Positions 1 through 13,403 of a stretch of DNA of 64,000 bases are shown piece after piece. The notes under the pieces were generated by a model. The model was not told the origin of the DNA. It did no database searches and worked only from the letters and a program-made list of their open reading frames with translations. A program made the translations under genes and the position numbers. Within the stretch, counting starts at the first letter, position 1; the number at the start of each line of letters is the position of its first letter. This DNA is from Octopus vulgaris (lineage: Eukaryota), in the NCBI GenBank assembly GCA_951406725.2, contig OX597825.1:69936001-70000000 (forward strand). Direction: 5' to 3'.

Positions 1-789
1 GAAATAAAATTAAGAAATCTGATATTGGCAATCTTTATTGTAAATTATCTCTCAGTATATCGACTGCTACTGTTAATTCGTTAATCTCTTAGCACATATA
101 TTTCTTCGATGCAGCAATTAATAAAACTTTTCCAATCTCTTGGAGACCTTTTGACCAAACTAAATTGAGTGTCTTTATAAGTGTATTGGATAACACTCGT
201 ATAAACGTGCAATTATTACACTTTTATGTCTCTCAAATAACTTGGGAATTGAAAAGAAATCCACACACCTTCGTTCCAAAATAGCTGTTCAAATACGTAG
301 TAACGTGATTTAAAGAAAAGACTCTCCATTGCAAAGAGAAACCTGTGGTTGTAATAGAAATTAATTTGCTTTTCTTGCACAGCTAAATTGTTTTGATCAC
401 CACATTTAAGCAGTGGCACCACTGTGAAAATTTTGAGTGTTTAGTTAAGCTCACAGTAATATGTTTTACATAAGTTGTTGAAAGATTGCGTTCCTTAATT
501 TACCCAAGTTATTCAGATTCGAAAATAAAGGATTGCAGTTACGCCCAGGAAGCAAAGGCGATGCTTCTGCTCCAGCGTAGGCGCTCGACTCGCTAAAACT
601 TGTAGATAGATAACAAATTACACCTTGCCGTCGCGACAAAGGAGACGCCGATTAATGTTGTCGAAAGTACTTTATGTACGAAGAATTGGAGGTAAGTTAC
701 CGGTTAAACATTGCTAAAATGCGTTTTCCCTAGTTGAATTTTAAACAATATTTATACCTACTGGCTACACCGACAATATAATCTCTCTC

Positions 790-860
<71 letters not shown>

Positions 861-1320
861 GTCTGTCTGTATATCTATCTATCTATTCCTCTTTTTTCTT
901 CTTTTTTCATTTTTCTTTTCCTTTGTTCCTTTTCCCCCTTTTTTCTTTTTTTCTTTTCCTTTTTTTTTTGTTCTTTTTTCCCTTTTATGATCCCTTTTGA
1001 TCGAAAACCTACGCCACCCTTTTTTTATTCTTTTGTTTTTTGTTTTTTATTGGTTTTTTTTCATCCCCCAATAGAAAAGCTCTACCTTGTAACTTGTCCC
1101 ATCTGTGTGTAGCCCTGTGTGGCCAATAAAGAAACCTTCTATCTATCTATCTATCTATCTATATATATATATATATATATATCTGTCTGTCTATCTTTCA
1201 ATCTCTCTTTCTCTCCCTGTCGCTTTGTTTCCATGTCTCTTTGATTCTCAAATGATGTGTCATAGCATTAAATGGTAATTACTACATTATTCAAAGTAGT
1301 TAACTCAATCAAACAATAAG

Positions 1321-1580
1321 TGCAGACACGGATGCGTGGTCAAGAATCTTGCTTTACAGCAACGTACTTGCAGTCTCATTGTGCATCGCCTTGGACAAGT
1401 GTTTTGCACTATAACCCCATGCAGACCAATGCGTCGTGAGTGAATCTGGTTGATGGAAATTATATATGTGTGTATTTGATTCTTTGTATTTGGGCTTGTC
1501 CCTACCACTATTAGAAAACCGTTGACAGTTTGTTTACATCCCCGTAACTTAGCGGTTCGAGTAAATGGAACCATAGAAGC
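1321..1580 (+). mobile_element. tRNA-derived SINE family A, degenerate
   Basis: CCTTGGACAAGTGT and CCCCGTAACTTAGCGGTTCG match the family A copies at 7843 and 33891. Confidence 0.7.
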
Positions 1581-1582
1581 TT

Positions 1583-1960
1583 CAGCATGCCGGGCAAAAA
1601 GCTTAGCAGTATTTCGTCCGCCGCTACGTTCTGAGTTCAAATTCTGCCGAGGTCGACTTTGCCTTTCATCCTTTCGAGGTCGATTAAATAAGTACCAGTT
1701 ACGCACTGGGGTCGATATAATCGACTTAACCCGTGTGTCTGTCCTTGTTTGTCCTTTCTGTGTTTAGCCCCTTGTGGGTAGTAAAGAAATAGGTATTTTC
1801 GTCCGCCTTTACGTTTTGAGTTCAAATACCTCCGAGGTCGACTTTGTCTTTCATCGTTACGGACTTGATAAATTAAGTACCTGCCAAGTACTGGAGTCGA
1901 TGTGATCAACTGTCCCCCTCCCCATAAAAAATCCAGACCTTGTGCCTAGAGTAGAAAGGT
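1583..1960 (+). mobile_element. SINE family B dimer (B1 unit joined to B2 unit)
   Basis: GAGTTCAAATTC...GTCGACTTTGCCTTTCATCCTTTCG core occurs twice; junction GAAATAGGTATTTTC at ~1786. Confidence 0.85.
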
Positions 1961-1979
1961 TTATTATTATGATTATTTT

Positions 1980-2192
1980 AGGTGGCGAGCTGTAAGAATC
2001 ATTTGCACGCTGGGCAAAATGGTTGGCAGCATTTCGTCGGTCTTTGCGTTCTGAGTTCAAATTCCGCTGAGGTCGATTTTTGCCTTTCATCCTTTCGGGG
2101 CTGCTAAATTAAGTACAATTATACGTTAGGGTCGAATTAATTGACTGTTCCCTCCTTCAAAGTTTCAGGCCTTGTACCTATAGTAGAAAGGA
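1980..2192 (+). mobile_element. SINE family B (B2 tail)
   Basis: GGTGGCGAGCTG head, B-box-like GAGTTCAAATTCC, GCCTTTCATCCTTTCGGGG, tail GGCCTTGTACCTATAGTAGAAAGG. Confidence 0.85.
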
Positions 2193-2818
2193 AAGGACTA
2201 TTATTATTACTATTCATTTTGTTCATCATATACAAGTATGTGTGTATTCATCATTATTTTGCGCATTATATTCAGTTTTAGAATAAAAAAATTATAGCAG
2301 GTCTCTTGACAATTCCGAAGCGTATTGAACTTATTTTGTGCGTGACTTTTGGCCCGGCCTGTATATTATAAGACGTTCTAATACTGAAGCCGTTACGCGT
2401 GTTTATTTAGCTGTTATTTGATGTGTGGTTTATATTATGTGCAATAGATCGGATAATCGCTATGGATTATTGTTAGGAAATGTCTGACAATTAATTCATA
2501 CATATATCCGCCAACATAAATACATATTGATTGATTAATGCGATTAAAAGATTAGTTTATTATGAGATGGTGAGTAAAGTCGTCCTTGGGAAATAAGCCC
2601 AATCTAATATTGGTAATAATCGATCGAATATGAAAGTGCTGGATTACTAGAATTGTGGGTGAGAAAGGGAATAATCCCATTCGGTATTTAGTTGTGGCTC
2701 TTTAGATTCCGAGGTCAAATTCGACTGGAAGAAACATTGTTTTTCTTTCATCAATCGTCAATGAAAATAAGTACCATTAAAGTATTACTTCAGCATAATT
2801 ATATTATGTTCTGCACGA

Positions 2819-3025
2819 AAGGCGGCGAGTTGGCAGAATCGTTAGCGCGCCGGGCGAAAATGCTTAACAGCATTTCGCGCGTTCTGAGCTCACATGCCAC
2901 CGGGGTCGATTTTACTTTTCATCCTTCCGGGGTCGATTAGATAAGCCCCAGTTGAACACTATGGGTCTATCCAATCGACTTGTTCCCTACTCAAAATTGC
3001 TCGCCGTGTACCAAACTTTGAAACC
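2819..3025 (+). mobile_element. SINE family B
   Basis: AAGGCGGCGAGTTGGCAGAATCGTTAGC head and TTTCATCCTTCCGGGGTCGAT core. Confidence 0.8.
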
Positions 3026-3426
3026 ATTATATTTTACACTTGTATCGAATATGAAAACTTGTGCGAATGATGAACAATGAAAATTTTACTAATTCCTAGG
3101 AAGGTTGATTTGCAGTAACGCCAAACCGGCGGCCAAAGTGCATAAGGCATTTACTTCTTTCAGTCACTGGACACCAACCGAGCTAGAGCGCATCTTTGAG
3201 AGATTAGCCGAACAAATTGACTGTTCTTTGAAGCTTGATTCTTATTTTGTCGGTTGCTATCACCCAGACGCTAAATAACAGGAACGTACACAAACTAACA
3301 TCAGTTACCAGTCAATTGCGGGACAAACATAAATACACAAACATACGTACATATATATATGCACATATGTATACACACACACACGCACAGAAACACAGAC
3401 ACAGACACACAAATACATATACATAT

Positions 3427-3504
<78 letters not shown>

Positions 3505-4376
3505 GGAGAATCATTCGGCTCGTCCGTCGATGAACTGCGCAGCCATCACCGTGAATCGATGAGAATTGCAGAACTCAGGGAGCATCTCGAACACACATTG
3601 TGACCCTGGGATCCCATCCCCCCGGGCCTCATTCCGGTTGAGGAGTACTTTATGAATGCGCGTGACATAGTGATTATGATGTTGTACTCTCGATCGCTAG
3701 ATCGTGGATGCTATTCCCAGAACGAGAGGCGTGTTATGTCTTTGAACAAAACACTTCATTTTATGTTGCTCCAATGCTCTGTGTTCGGGGCGGACAAGCC
3801 AAAGTGGAGCTCTAACGTTTCCTTTCGGGCGAAAGGCTACTAAGAGTGCTTGATGTAGGATTTGCACACAACCCTCGTAAAACTCTCACCAACGACAACC
3901 CAAACAGATCCATAGGCTGGAGGGTTTTCACCTCAATAGTGCGAAACTGCCATTACCCAAGGTGGATTCAGCGATGCCTTGTAGCGCATGACCTCGCTCT
4001 TCGTTTCGGCATAAGGCCATCAATTTAAGGTGGAGGTTAATCGATGAAATCGAATCCAGTGATTGATTGGTTCGTTATTTCATCAATACATAAAGGAAGA
4101 AGATCAAAGTTGATCTCTTGTGGGATTTTGAAGTGAAAAGGAAGAAGCCAGTAACAAAATAACGGCAGTTGTTCAATGGGCAAGCGATTCTGATTTTCTA
4201 AATAATGATTTCTAATAAATGCAAAATACCAGCGGTTTTAAGAAGAGGAATAACATGTGTCATCCTCTACTACTACTACTACTACATTTTCCCTCTTCTT
4301 ATTTCAGTCTCTCCAGCTTTTCTCTTCGTCTAACCACTATCAACACCAGCAACACCATTTATTTATATGTAATCTA

Positions 4377-5988
4377 CAGTTGCGGCCAAAATGTTCAGAA
4401 CGGCATTGTTTTCGTCAGAAAAGTTAGTATAAGTTTTTATCAAAGTCGTTTTATATTCTATAATTTTCACAGACAATAAATAGAATATTAATTGTTATTG
4501 TCTAAGATTTTGGTGTAATTTGAGAGGATAATACAAAAGTTATGGATGATTTAGTGATTTACTGCAAAATGATCAGAACGGTTGAAAAAATAACAAAATA
4601 ATCAAAAATGACAGAGAATACTGGAATTATTTAATATTTAGTGTGAAGCCCTTTAGCTTCAATCACACTCTGACATCTTTGACTGCATGAGGAAATTGAA
4701 TTTTCGATTTCTTGATGGGTGATCTTATTCCATTCTTCCTGAAGGGCATTCCATAATTGCTCAGTTGTTTTAGGATTTCTGGCTTTCGAACGTTCTCCTA
4801 GAATATTCAATACATTTTCAATAGGATTGAGATCTGGGCTTTGAGCAGGCCAATCCATAACAATAACCTTTTCAGCATTGAGTAAGTTCATGACCACCTT
4901 AGCCTTGTGACATGGGGCATTGTCCTGCATGAATATGGGTGGTCGCTTAGTTGAATTTCTCAGCACAGGCAAGACATGATCTTTTACAAGTTGTTTATAA
5001 ACTCCTGCATTTACCTTTACATGTAATCTCACCAAAGGGCCCAGACCATCTCCAGATATCATCCCCCAAACCATGACACTTCCTCCACCGAATTTAACAC
5101 TAGTCTTAAGGCATTTAGGCGACAATTTTTCACCTACTTTTCTACGAATGTATCTTTTCCCATCTGAGCCAAATAACATAAACTTAGATTCATCACTGAA
5201 ATGCACCGTTTGCCATTTTTCTTGAGACCACAATACATGTTTGGTTGCAAAGGTAAGACGACACTTTTTATTCTTGGAGCTGATAAGTGGCTTCACTGCA
5301 GGTGCTCTTGCTTGTAGGTCATATTCAACTAAACAACGAGACACAGTTTTTCGAGATAAAGTTTTCTTCAATACAATGCTCATTTTCCAAGAAACAGTAG
5401 CAGCAGTTTTAAATCTGTCCTTTTTAACCAACTTTACCATAGCACGATCTTCTCTCTTGGTCATTTTTCTTGGCCTACCTGTAAACTTTCTTGCTTCACA
5501 CGAACCACAATCATCGTAGACCTTAAGAATACCGCGTACAACACTTTTGACTTGTTAACAATCTTTGCAATAGATCCAATACTTAAATTATCCTTCCTTC
5601 GAAGCTTAATAATCTGCTGACGAATTGGTAACGGAGTAAGTGGCATTATATTAACAAAGTACACTGCAAATATTCTTACTAATGTTTAGTAAACGAACCG
5701 CCACGTAAACAAATTCAAAAAATTAGAGTTCGCCGATTAAATATACTAAAACACGGAGTAAAAGCAACCGTTCTGATAATTTTGGCCGCTATGGGTTTTG
5801 CAGTAAATCACTAAATTATCCATAACTTTTGTATTATCCTCTCAAATTACACCAAAATCTCAGGCAATAACAAATAATATCGTATTTATTGTCTGTGAAA
5901 ATTATAGAATATAAAACAACTTTGATAAAAAATTATATCTACTTTTCTGACGAAAACAATGCCGTTCTGAACATTTTGGCCGCCACTG
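4377..5988 (-). mobile_element. Tc1-family DNA transposon, full length (~1.6 kb), IR/DR-type long terminal inverted repeats, TA target duplication
   Basis: Left end CAGTTGCGGCCAAAATGTTCAGAACGG (4377) is the reverse complement of right end CCGTTCTGAACATTTTGGCCGCCACTG (5988) with 1 mismatch. The inverted similarity extends ~200 bp. TA at 4375-76 and 5989-90. Inner direct repeat at ~5768-5790. Confidence 0.96.
4631..5646 (-). pseudogene. Tc1 transposase (DD34E), one frameshift near 5545
   Basis: ORF 4631-5464 has FSDESKF, QDNAPCH and SPDLNPIEN with 34 residues between the second D and E. The N-terminal HTH (MPLTPLPIRQQIIKL...SIAKIV) is in another frame starting at 5646. The 1016-bp span is 1 nt short of 339 codons. 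Confidence 0.93.
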
Positions 5989-6042
5989 TATACTCTACAC
6001 ATACATATACATACATACACGTATATATGTGTGTATGTATGC

Positions 6043-6089
<47 letters not shown>

Positions 6090-6514
6090 TGTATAAATGC
6101 AGCTAGCTAGACAAATGTACGTAATCCTATCTGTCTATCTATCGAGCAAGATGTCTGCTTGTCAGTCTGTCTGTTTCTCTCCCCCTCCTCTCTCTCTCCC
6201 TATCTACGTGTCTAATATATATGAGGGCGTGCGTATGTATGTATGTACGTATATACATACGTATGTGTGTCTATATTAATATCATTTCATCGTGATTTAG
6301 CAACCCTTTCCCAATTTCAAGAATGTTTATGTATATCAAAATATTCTTCATTATTTTATAACACAATGTTTCCAGTTCTAACGACATGAAAAACAAAATC
6401 AAAACATGTATAAAGAAAAAGTACCTATCATAACGAATAGTTGTACGTACGCTTATATGTATGTATATATGTGTATCTGTGTATGTATGTCTGTGTATTC
6501 TGTGTATATATATA

Positions 6515-6679
6515 CGTCGAGCTTCTTTCAGTTTTCGTCTACCAAATTGACTCACAAGGCTTTGGTCGGCCCGAAGCCATGGTAGAAGACACTTGGCCAA
6601 AGTGCCATACAGTTGGACTGAACCCGGAACCATGTGGTTGGTAAGCAAGCTACTTACCACACAGCCACTCCTGCGCCTA
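6515..6679 (-). mobile_element. SINE family A, 5' half
   Basis: Reverse complement of GGCGCAGGAGTGGCTGTGTGGTAAGTAGC...GAAAGAAGC. Confidence 0.9.
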
Positions 6680-6899
6680 TAATATTTTAAAGCCAAACCA
6701 GTGCAAGTGGATGGTTTGTAATTTTATCATATATTTCAATATTTCCTGGTTAGGATCCGTCTGGAATTTTTAAAGGAAGGAGTTATGTGACCTGACTTCT
6801 CTAATCTGTAATACTCGTAGAAAAGTGTTGCTTTGCTTGCACAGGATATCGGTGTTATAGTAGACATTGAGCTGCTTTCATTTACATTTGTCCTTAATA

Positions 6900-7150
6900 T
6901 AGAGGATTACTTTGCCAATTAATATGGCCTTTTTTATTCTCGGGTTCCCATTGTTTCTTTCTGTGGCTTCAATGGCAACATAGTTCTCGCTGAGTTGGCA
7001 TTCCTGTTCGTACTTTTTGACAGAAGAAGCTTTACGGTTAAGGTGGTTTTTAATCCGTACATGTACTTGTTTGATGGTGCTCCCCATTTAGAATTCATTT
7101 TATATTTGCTACAGGATATTTTATACACCACGTAGAATTGCAGGCATATT
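6900..7150 (-). pseudogene. Penelope-like GIY-YIG endonuclease fragment
   Basis: Joining frames gives VVYKISCSKYK..MGSTIKQVHVRIKNHL..SSVKKY..C...RIKKAILI, matching the PLE endonuclease pattern VYxIxC..YIGxT..RxxEH..RxxEA. Confidence 0.6.
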
Positions 7151-7689
7151 TTCTCCGTTGAACGATCACATGTCGAGAAATTGGAGAGGGGGTTAGTCGA
7201 TACTATTGAACCCTATCTTCAAATGGTATTTCATTTTAATGATCTTCAGAGAATGAAAAATAAGATCGATTTCAACTGAATGTGAATGTAAAGACCTGGC
7301 AGAAATCTCCCTAAGCATTTTGTATGACGAACCTCAAAATTCTACCAACATGCCATCTAAGCGGTACAATGCTAACAGTTTCCACGGAAGGGTGTTAGTT
7401 GTGAACGTCGACCTCAAATACATGGAAAATATTTTATTTTACTGATTCGGAAAGCAAAAAAATTAAACATGAACATTACTGAAATTGAACACGTATCAAC
7501 AACTAGCAGAAATACCGTAAAGCACAATTTCCAAGAATTCTACCACCTCTCTACCGAATTAATGGTAATAATTATACCAACAACAACGACGACGACGATG
7601 ACGAAGGCAAAGAGGGGATAGAGTAGGAGGAGATGAAGAATAACGACGACAATAAAACAAAGACAAAAACAACAAGAACAACAATACTA

Positions 7690-7842
<153 letters not shown>

Positions 7843-8246
7843 GAGTGGCTGTGTGGTAAGTAGCTTGTTTACCAACCACATGGTTCCGGGTTCAGTCCCA
7901 CTGCGTGGCACCTTGGGCAAGTGTCTTCTACTATAGCCTCGGGCCGACCAAAGCCTTGTGAGTGGATTTGGTAGACGGAAACTGAAAGAAGCCCGTCGTA
8001 TATATGTATATATATATATGCGTGTGTGTGGTTGTGTGTCTATGTTTATCCCCCTAGCATTGATTGACAACCGATGCTGGAGTGTTTATGTCCCCGTTAC
8101 TTAGTGGTTCGGCAAAAGAGACCGATAGAATAAGTACTGGGCTTAGAAAAAGAATAAGTCCCGGGGTCGAGTTGCTTCATTAAAGGTGGTGCTCCAGCAT
8201 GGCCGCAGTCAAATGACTGAAACAAGTAAAAGAGTAAAAGAGAGAG
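7843..8246 (+). mobile_element. SINE family A, full length (tRNA head, CORE-like CCTTGGGCAAGTGTCTT, internal TA/TG linker, GTAAAAGA tail)
   Basis: Near-identical to copies at 33891, 55325 and 61803. A/B-box-like motifs TGGCTGTGTGG and GGTTCAGTCCC. Confidence 0.92.
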
Positions 8247-8804
8247 TATGATAATAATGATAATAATAATAATAATAATGATAATAATAATAATAATGAT
8301 AAAACGATAATAATACTGCGTTTTCCTGATTTTTTTTTGTTAATGTAATCATTGTTTATTTTTATTATTACTATTCCTCTTGCGGATACTCCGGCTGATA
8401 TTGTTGTATATTATTTTTACCTTTCCTGCTGCTGGTGATGGTGATGATAAGAACGGCGATAGAGCGGATGTTATGGGTGTCTGCATCGATGATTATATTC
8501 TTCTTGCTATAAATGTTGTTGTTGTTTTTTTTTTTGTTAGTAATACCATTGTTACAGCATATATATATCTGTCCAAAGAACAGTTGTTACAGCCATCATT
8601 AGCTTCTGTTTCCCAATGTTGAGCTATGTGTTATGTATGTCTATATGTATGTACATGCATTACACACTCGTAAATATACATGTATTATAGCAATAGATAT
8701 ATACACATATGTGCTTCTTTAAATGTATATATATATATATATATGTCTACATATGTATATATATATATGTATTATATTTATAGTTATATTTGTATATATA
8801 TATA

Positions 8805-8895
<91 letters not shown>

Positions 8896-8985
8896 TTATG
8901 TATATATATATATATATGTGTGTGTGTGTATGTATATATATATATATATGTATGTATATATGTGTATTATATTTATAGTTATATT

Positions 8986-9026
<41 letters not shown>

Positions 9027-9324
9027 ATGTATGTATGTATGTATGTATGTATACACATGTATATATGTCTGTGTGTTCTTGTAAATATCGCTTCATTGCG
9101 TCGGGCCAACAGTGTATTGAATGTCAAGAATACTTGTAAATATACACCATTATTTTGCAAGACAATGTTATATCTAATAAAGAATATAATAAAAAAATTA
9201 TTACCTATTATCGTCTGTTGGGAAATATTAATATACATGTGTGTGGGTGAGTGTTAAAAAAGAGTATGTATCTCTGTGTATGTACGCGTGAGAGCAATAC
9301 ACACATATTTATATATATATATAA

Positions 9325-9355
<31 letters not shown>

Positions 9356-9374
9356 GTTATTATTATTATCATCA

Positions 9375-9504
<130 letters not shown>

Positions 9505-9729
9505 CATTATTATTACATATGCACACTCTCAAATGTTTATTTACTGTTATATTTCTAAAAATATATTTCCTTATCTCGCTCGCTCTCGTCTCTCCCTTTT
9601 TATATATATATATATTATGCATGTATGTGAGTGTGTTTGTGCCCGTGTTTGTGTGTGTATAAGTATGTATTTATGTATATATATGTATATATATATAAAT
9701 GTATGCATGTATAGATGCATACACACACA

Positions 9730-9776
<47 letters not shown>

Positions 9777-10601
9777 CTGTATAGATATATAAATAGGTAT
9801 GTATACAACTATTTATACATACAAATATATATGTGTGTTTGTGCATGAGTATGGAGATAGGGAAACAGACAAAGAAAGAAAGAAGGGAAAGAAGAATAGT
9901 GAAAAGGAAAGAAAAACACGAGTCTTTATGTAAAGTTTATGCAGAAAAACATCACAAAATAGGCCCCTAATTACTTTGCCTTCTCGAAATATCTTTGTAG
10001 CTAACTGTGTAGGTATCCACGTTTCTATAAATTTACCATTCTTGCTCTATATTTCCCTCTCAGTCGCTCCATCTCTCTCTACCTCTAACCTTTTACTTTG
10101 TATTTATATGTGTGTGTATGTGTATTTGTGTGGGGGGGGGGAAGCATTGATTTTGTGTCTGTTTATGTGTATCCGTATACATGCGTTCATACATATACGC
10201 ATTTATATTATATTATATTATATCATATATATATATATGTATTCATGTGTGAGTGTTTGTATGCATGTATTTTATATGTATCGTATGGAAATCTTATGAA
10301 ACCGCTTCTTATAAGAGCGGAGAAAATGGCTGTAAAAAGGAAGATATTCCGATCATAGGACACTGCAAACAAAATATGTCTAACCTTTGCCGCCAGGTAA
10401 AAAGTGGGTACAAAATAATGAACATAATGATAATGTTGATATACATGCATATACATACATCTATTTACCCCTCTCCCTCTTCCCTCTCTCTCTCCCCTCT
10501 CTCTACCTCTCTCTATCTCTCTATTCATCTAGCAATCTTTCACTCACTTTCTTTCTATATTTATATTATATTATTGAAAATAGTTTGATTCGTATTCTGT
10601 G

Positions 10602-10647
10602 ATACTACGTTTCGCAGGCCCCTGGCGAAACCTGTCTCCTCACGCTC
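10602..10647 (-). ncRNA. Degenerate hammerhead-like motif
   Basis: Minus strand reads gagc-GTGAGGA-gacaggtttcgccaggggcctgc-GAAAC-GTA-gtat. Stem II pairs, but core C3 is G and stem I is weak. Confidence 0.4.
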
Positions 10648-10864
10648 GTGGAACAGCCGAATCTTGAAGTAGCAAGGAATCCGAATCAAACCGTTTTGAA
10701 TAATACATGTAACTCCTAATAACTGTGTTTAGCTCCATTTATTTCCATTGTCCACTCAGTCATGTGAGAGAGGTAAAAAGACAGACAGATACGTATGTAC
10801 ATCTTGGCAATATAGGCATATATGCGTGTATATGCATGTATGTTTGCATGCACTTATCTATGTA

Positions 10865-10913
<49 letters not shown>

Positions 10914-10968
10914 CACGGTGATCATGGTGATATATATATATATATATATTTATATCTATATCTATCTA

Positions 10969-11007
<39 letters not shown>

Positions 11008-11574
11008 GCGTGTGTGTATATGCATGCAAGAGAGAGAGAGAGAGCGAGAGAGTGCCTGTGTGTGTATTATGTAGGCTTATTTGTGTGTATGTGTGTGTGC
11101 GCGCGTGTATGTGTGTATTTGCGTATGCTTGTTTGCTTATTTCATGCATAGTACACTCTTACGAATTATGGAAAAAGAAATATCTTCTTCCCGGTTGTAC
11201 TTTATACAAAAATCAAAAATTCTCGGCCTATTTTGCAAAATATATCTACGGACGGCAACCAGTATTAATCTTTCTACTATTGGCCCCTTGACCTGAAAGT
11301 TTGGGAATGGGGTCTAGTCTATTACATCAACCCCATCCAGTGCTCAATTGGTACTTATTTCATCAACCCTGAAAGGATGAAACCCAAAGTCAGCTTCTTC
11401 TGAATTTCACTCGGGACATCAATCTGAAGAAATGCTGCAAAACTTTTCGTTCACTTATACGTTCTGAATTCTGCCAGACCGACGCCTTAAGGCGACCAGA
11501 GGCATTGTCAGAATCTATGGCCCTCATCCTTCACTTACAATCGAGGTGTATTTGGTACTATGTATTATGTTTTC

Positions 11575-11960
11575 GTTAGCACGCCGGGCAAAATGCTTAG
11601 GGACAATTCGTCTGTCTATACGGTTTGAGTTCAAATTCCGCCGTGGTCGACTTTGCCTTTCATCCTGCGGGTCGATAAAATAAGTACCAGTGAAATGCAG
11701 ATGTCGACGTAATAGAGCTGTCCTCTCGCCACAAAGTTTGTGCATTTAGTTGAAAAGATTATTAGAAACTCGATGCCCTCAGCCTTCACTCAAATTCACG
11801 GTGGATTCGACACCATGTACTATGCTTTCGTTAGCATGCCGAGCAAGATGCTTCGTCTGTCTTTATGTTCAGAGTTCAAATACCGCCGTGGTCGACTTTG
11901 CCTTTCATCCTTTCGAGATTGATAAAATAAGCACCAGTTGAACACTGGAATAGATGTAAT
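11575..11960 (+). mobile_element. Two SINE family B copies
   Basis: GAGTTCAAA...GTCGACTTTGCCTTTCATCC core at ~11627 and ~11872. Confidence 0.8.
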
Positions 11961-12180
11961 CATACACACACACACACATATATATATTAATATATATGTT
12001 GATTCAAACTATATTGTATCTATAAACGATATGTGTGAGCGTGCTGTGTGTATATATATGTGTGTGTATGTGTGCGTGCGCGTGTGCGTATGCGTTCGTA
12101 TGTGTGTATGTGTGTGTATGTGTGTGCGTGTACGTGCGTGTGTGTGTGCGTGCGAGCGCGCGTGTTTATGTCTATGCTTA

Positions 12181-12402
12181 CATGAGGGGTGTTGAAAAGT
12201 TACTGGCCTTAACGGTGTCACGAAAAGCTTGGTTCGAGGACCAACCTTCCGAATTCTTTCACTGGGCTTAGAAAAAATGAAGGACTACTGTAATAAGTGT
12301 ATGAATCTGAGAGGGGAACGAAAATATTATGTAAAATCATAATTAACTGAGCCCTCTGTATTTTCTTTTACTCAAAGTCAAGAACTTCTCAGCAGCTTCT
12401 CG
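12181..12402 (+). mobile_element. Internally deleted mariner (MITE-like)
   Basis: TA-CATGAGGGGTGTTGAAAAGTT ... AACTTCTCAGCAGCTTCTCG-TA imperfect inverted ends. Internal KAWFEDQPSEFF resembles the mariner transposase C-terminus. Confidence 0.75.
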
Positions 12403-13078
12403 TATGTGTTAATATGTATGTATGTATGTATGTATGTACGTATGTATGTATGTATGTATGTATGTATGTATGCATGTATGTACATGACACATTACAATCC
12501 TGAGACCATTGTACATGCTACGTGTCACCTACCTAATTATATTGCACCTACTTCGCTAGACTAGGTTACCCATCATTAATATCTTAAAAGACCGGGTACT
12601 TGAAATGCTTTTCTTTACGATTTGTCGCAACGGTATTCGATTCTATTGAAGATCTAAAATCATCCTTTTAAATCTAAATATATATCTATGCTAGTCATCA
12701 ATATAAAGAATCAATTTAAAGAATCAATTATCACTTTGAAGCGATTTAATACGTTTGACCGATTCCATTGTCATTAATGATATATTCAGGAATATATTCA
12801 ACCAATTAGCAACCTTCTTTTACGTTAATGAAATCTCTCTAATTACTTGCTGATTTATACTAACCTATTTGAAATTGTATAAACCAATTTCTAATCGATA
12901 AAGGTTTGCTGATTAGCTTCGGTAGTATTGATAATGTGATCTTTGATAACGGGGTGCTTTTCAAAATATAATAAGTGTTGTCGTTGTTGTTTGTGTTGTA
13001 TTTGTTGTGGTGTTTGTTTAGCCACAGGTCAGCCTCTTTGGAGAACAAATTTAATCAAAGATGTTCATACAAATTGTG

Positions 13079-13403
13079 TTAGAGATCAGAATACTGAATT
13101 ATTTACCTCGAAAGGATGTATCATATGAAATTATGGTGCATAAAAGAACTCGTATTTATATCTCTGACGGACAGGAACCGCATGGTATATCTACAGAAAT
13201 TGCTAGATCACGTTATTTCGCCTTATACCAAAATTGTAAAGACAAATGATTCACTGGGGAATTTTTTTAACGTTTGTAATCTTCAGTGTCTAACTTCAGC
13301 TTACAAGAACAAAATTTCCATGTTGTAGATGCAGGAAAAAACTCTATGTTGCCTCTTTCCCAGTAAAAGTTGTAAGGTCGTGTCGCATGGAATCAAATGA
13401 AAT
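13079..13403. repeat. ~320-bp dispersed direct repeat, copy 1 (copy 2 at 16688-17007)
   Basis: Aligns by eye with high identity, e.g. AAGAACTCGTATTTATATCTCTGACGGACA in both copies. Confidence 0.92.

Noticed and set aside
216-422. 68-aa minus-strand ORF
   Set aside because: No recognisable domain or splice context.
1305-1767. Recurrent peptides such as RNWYLFNRPRKDERQSRPR and VYQIHSQGFGRPEA
   Set aside because: Translations of SINE B and SINE A; they recur because the repeats recur.
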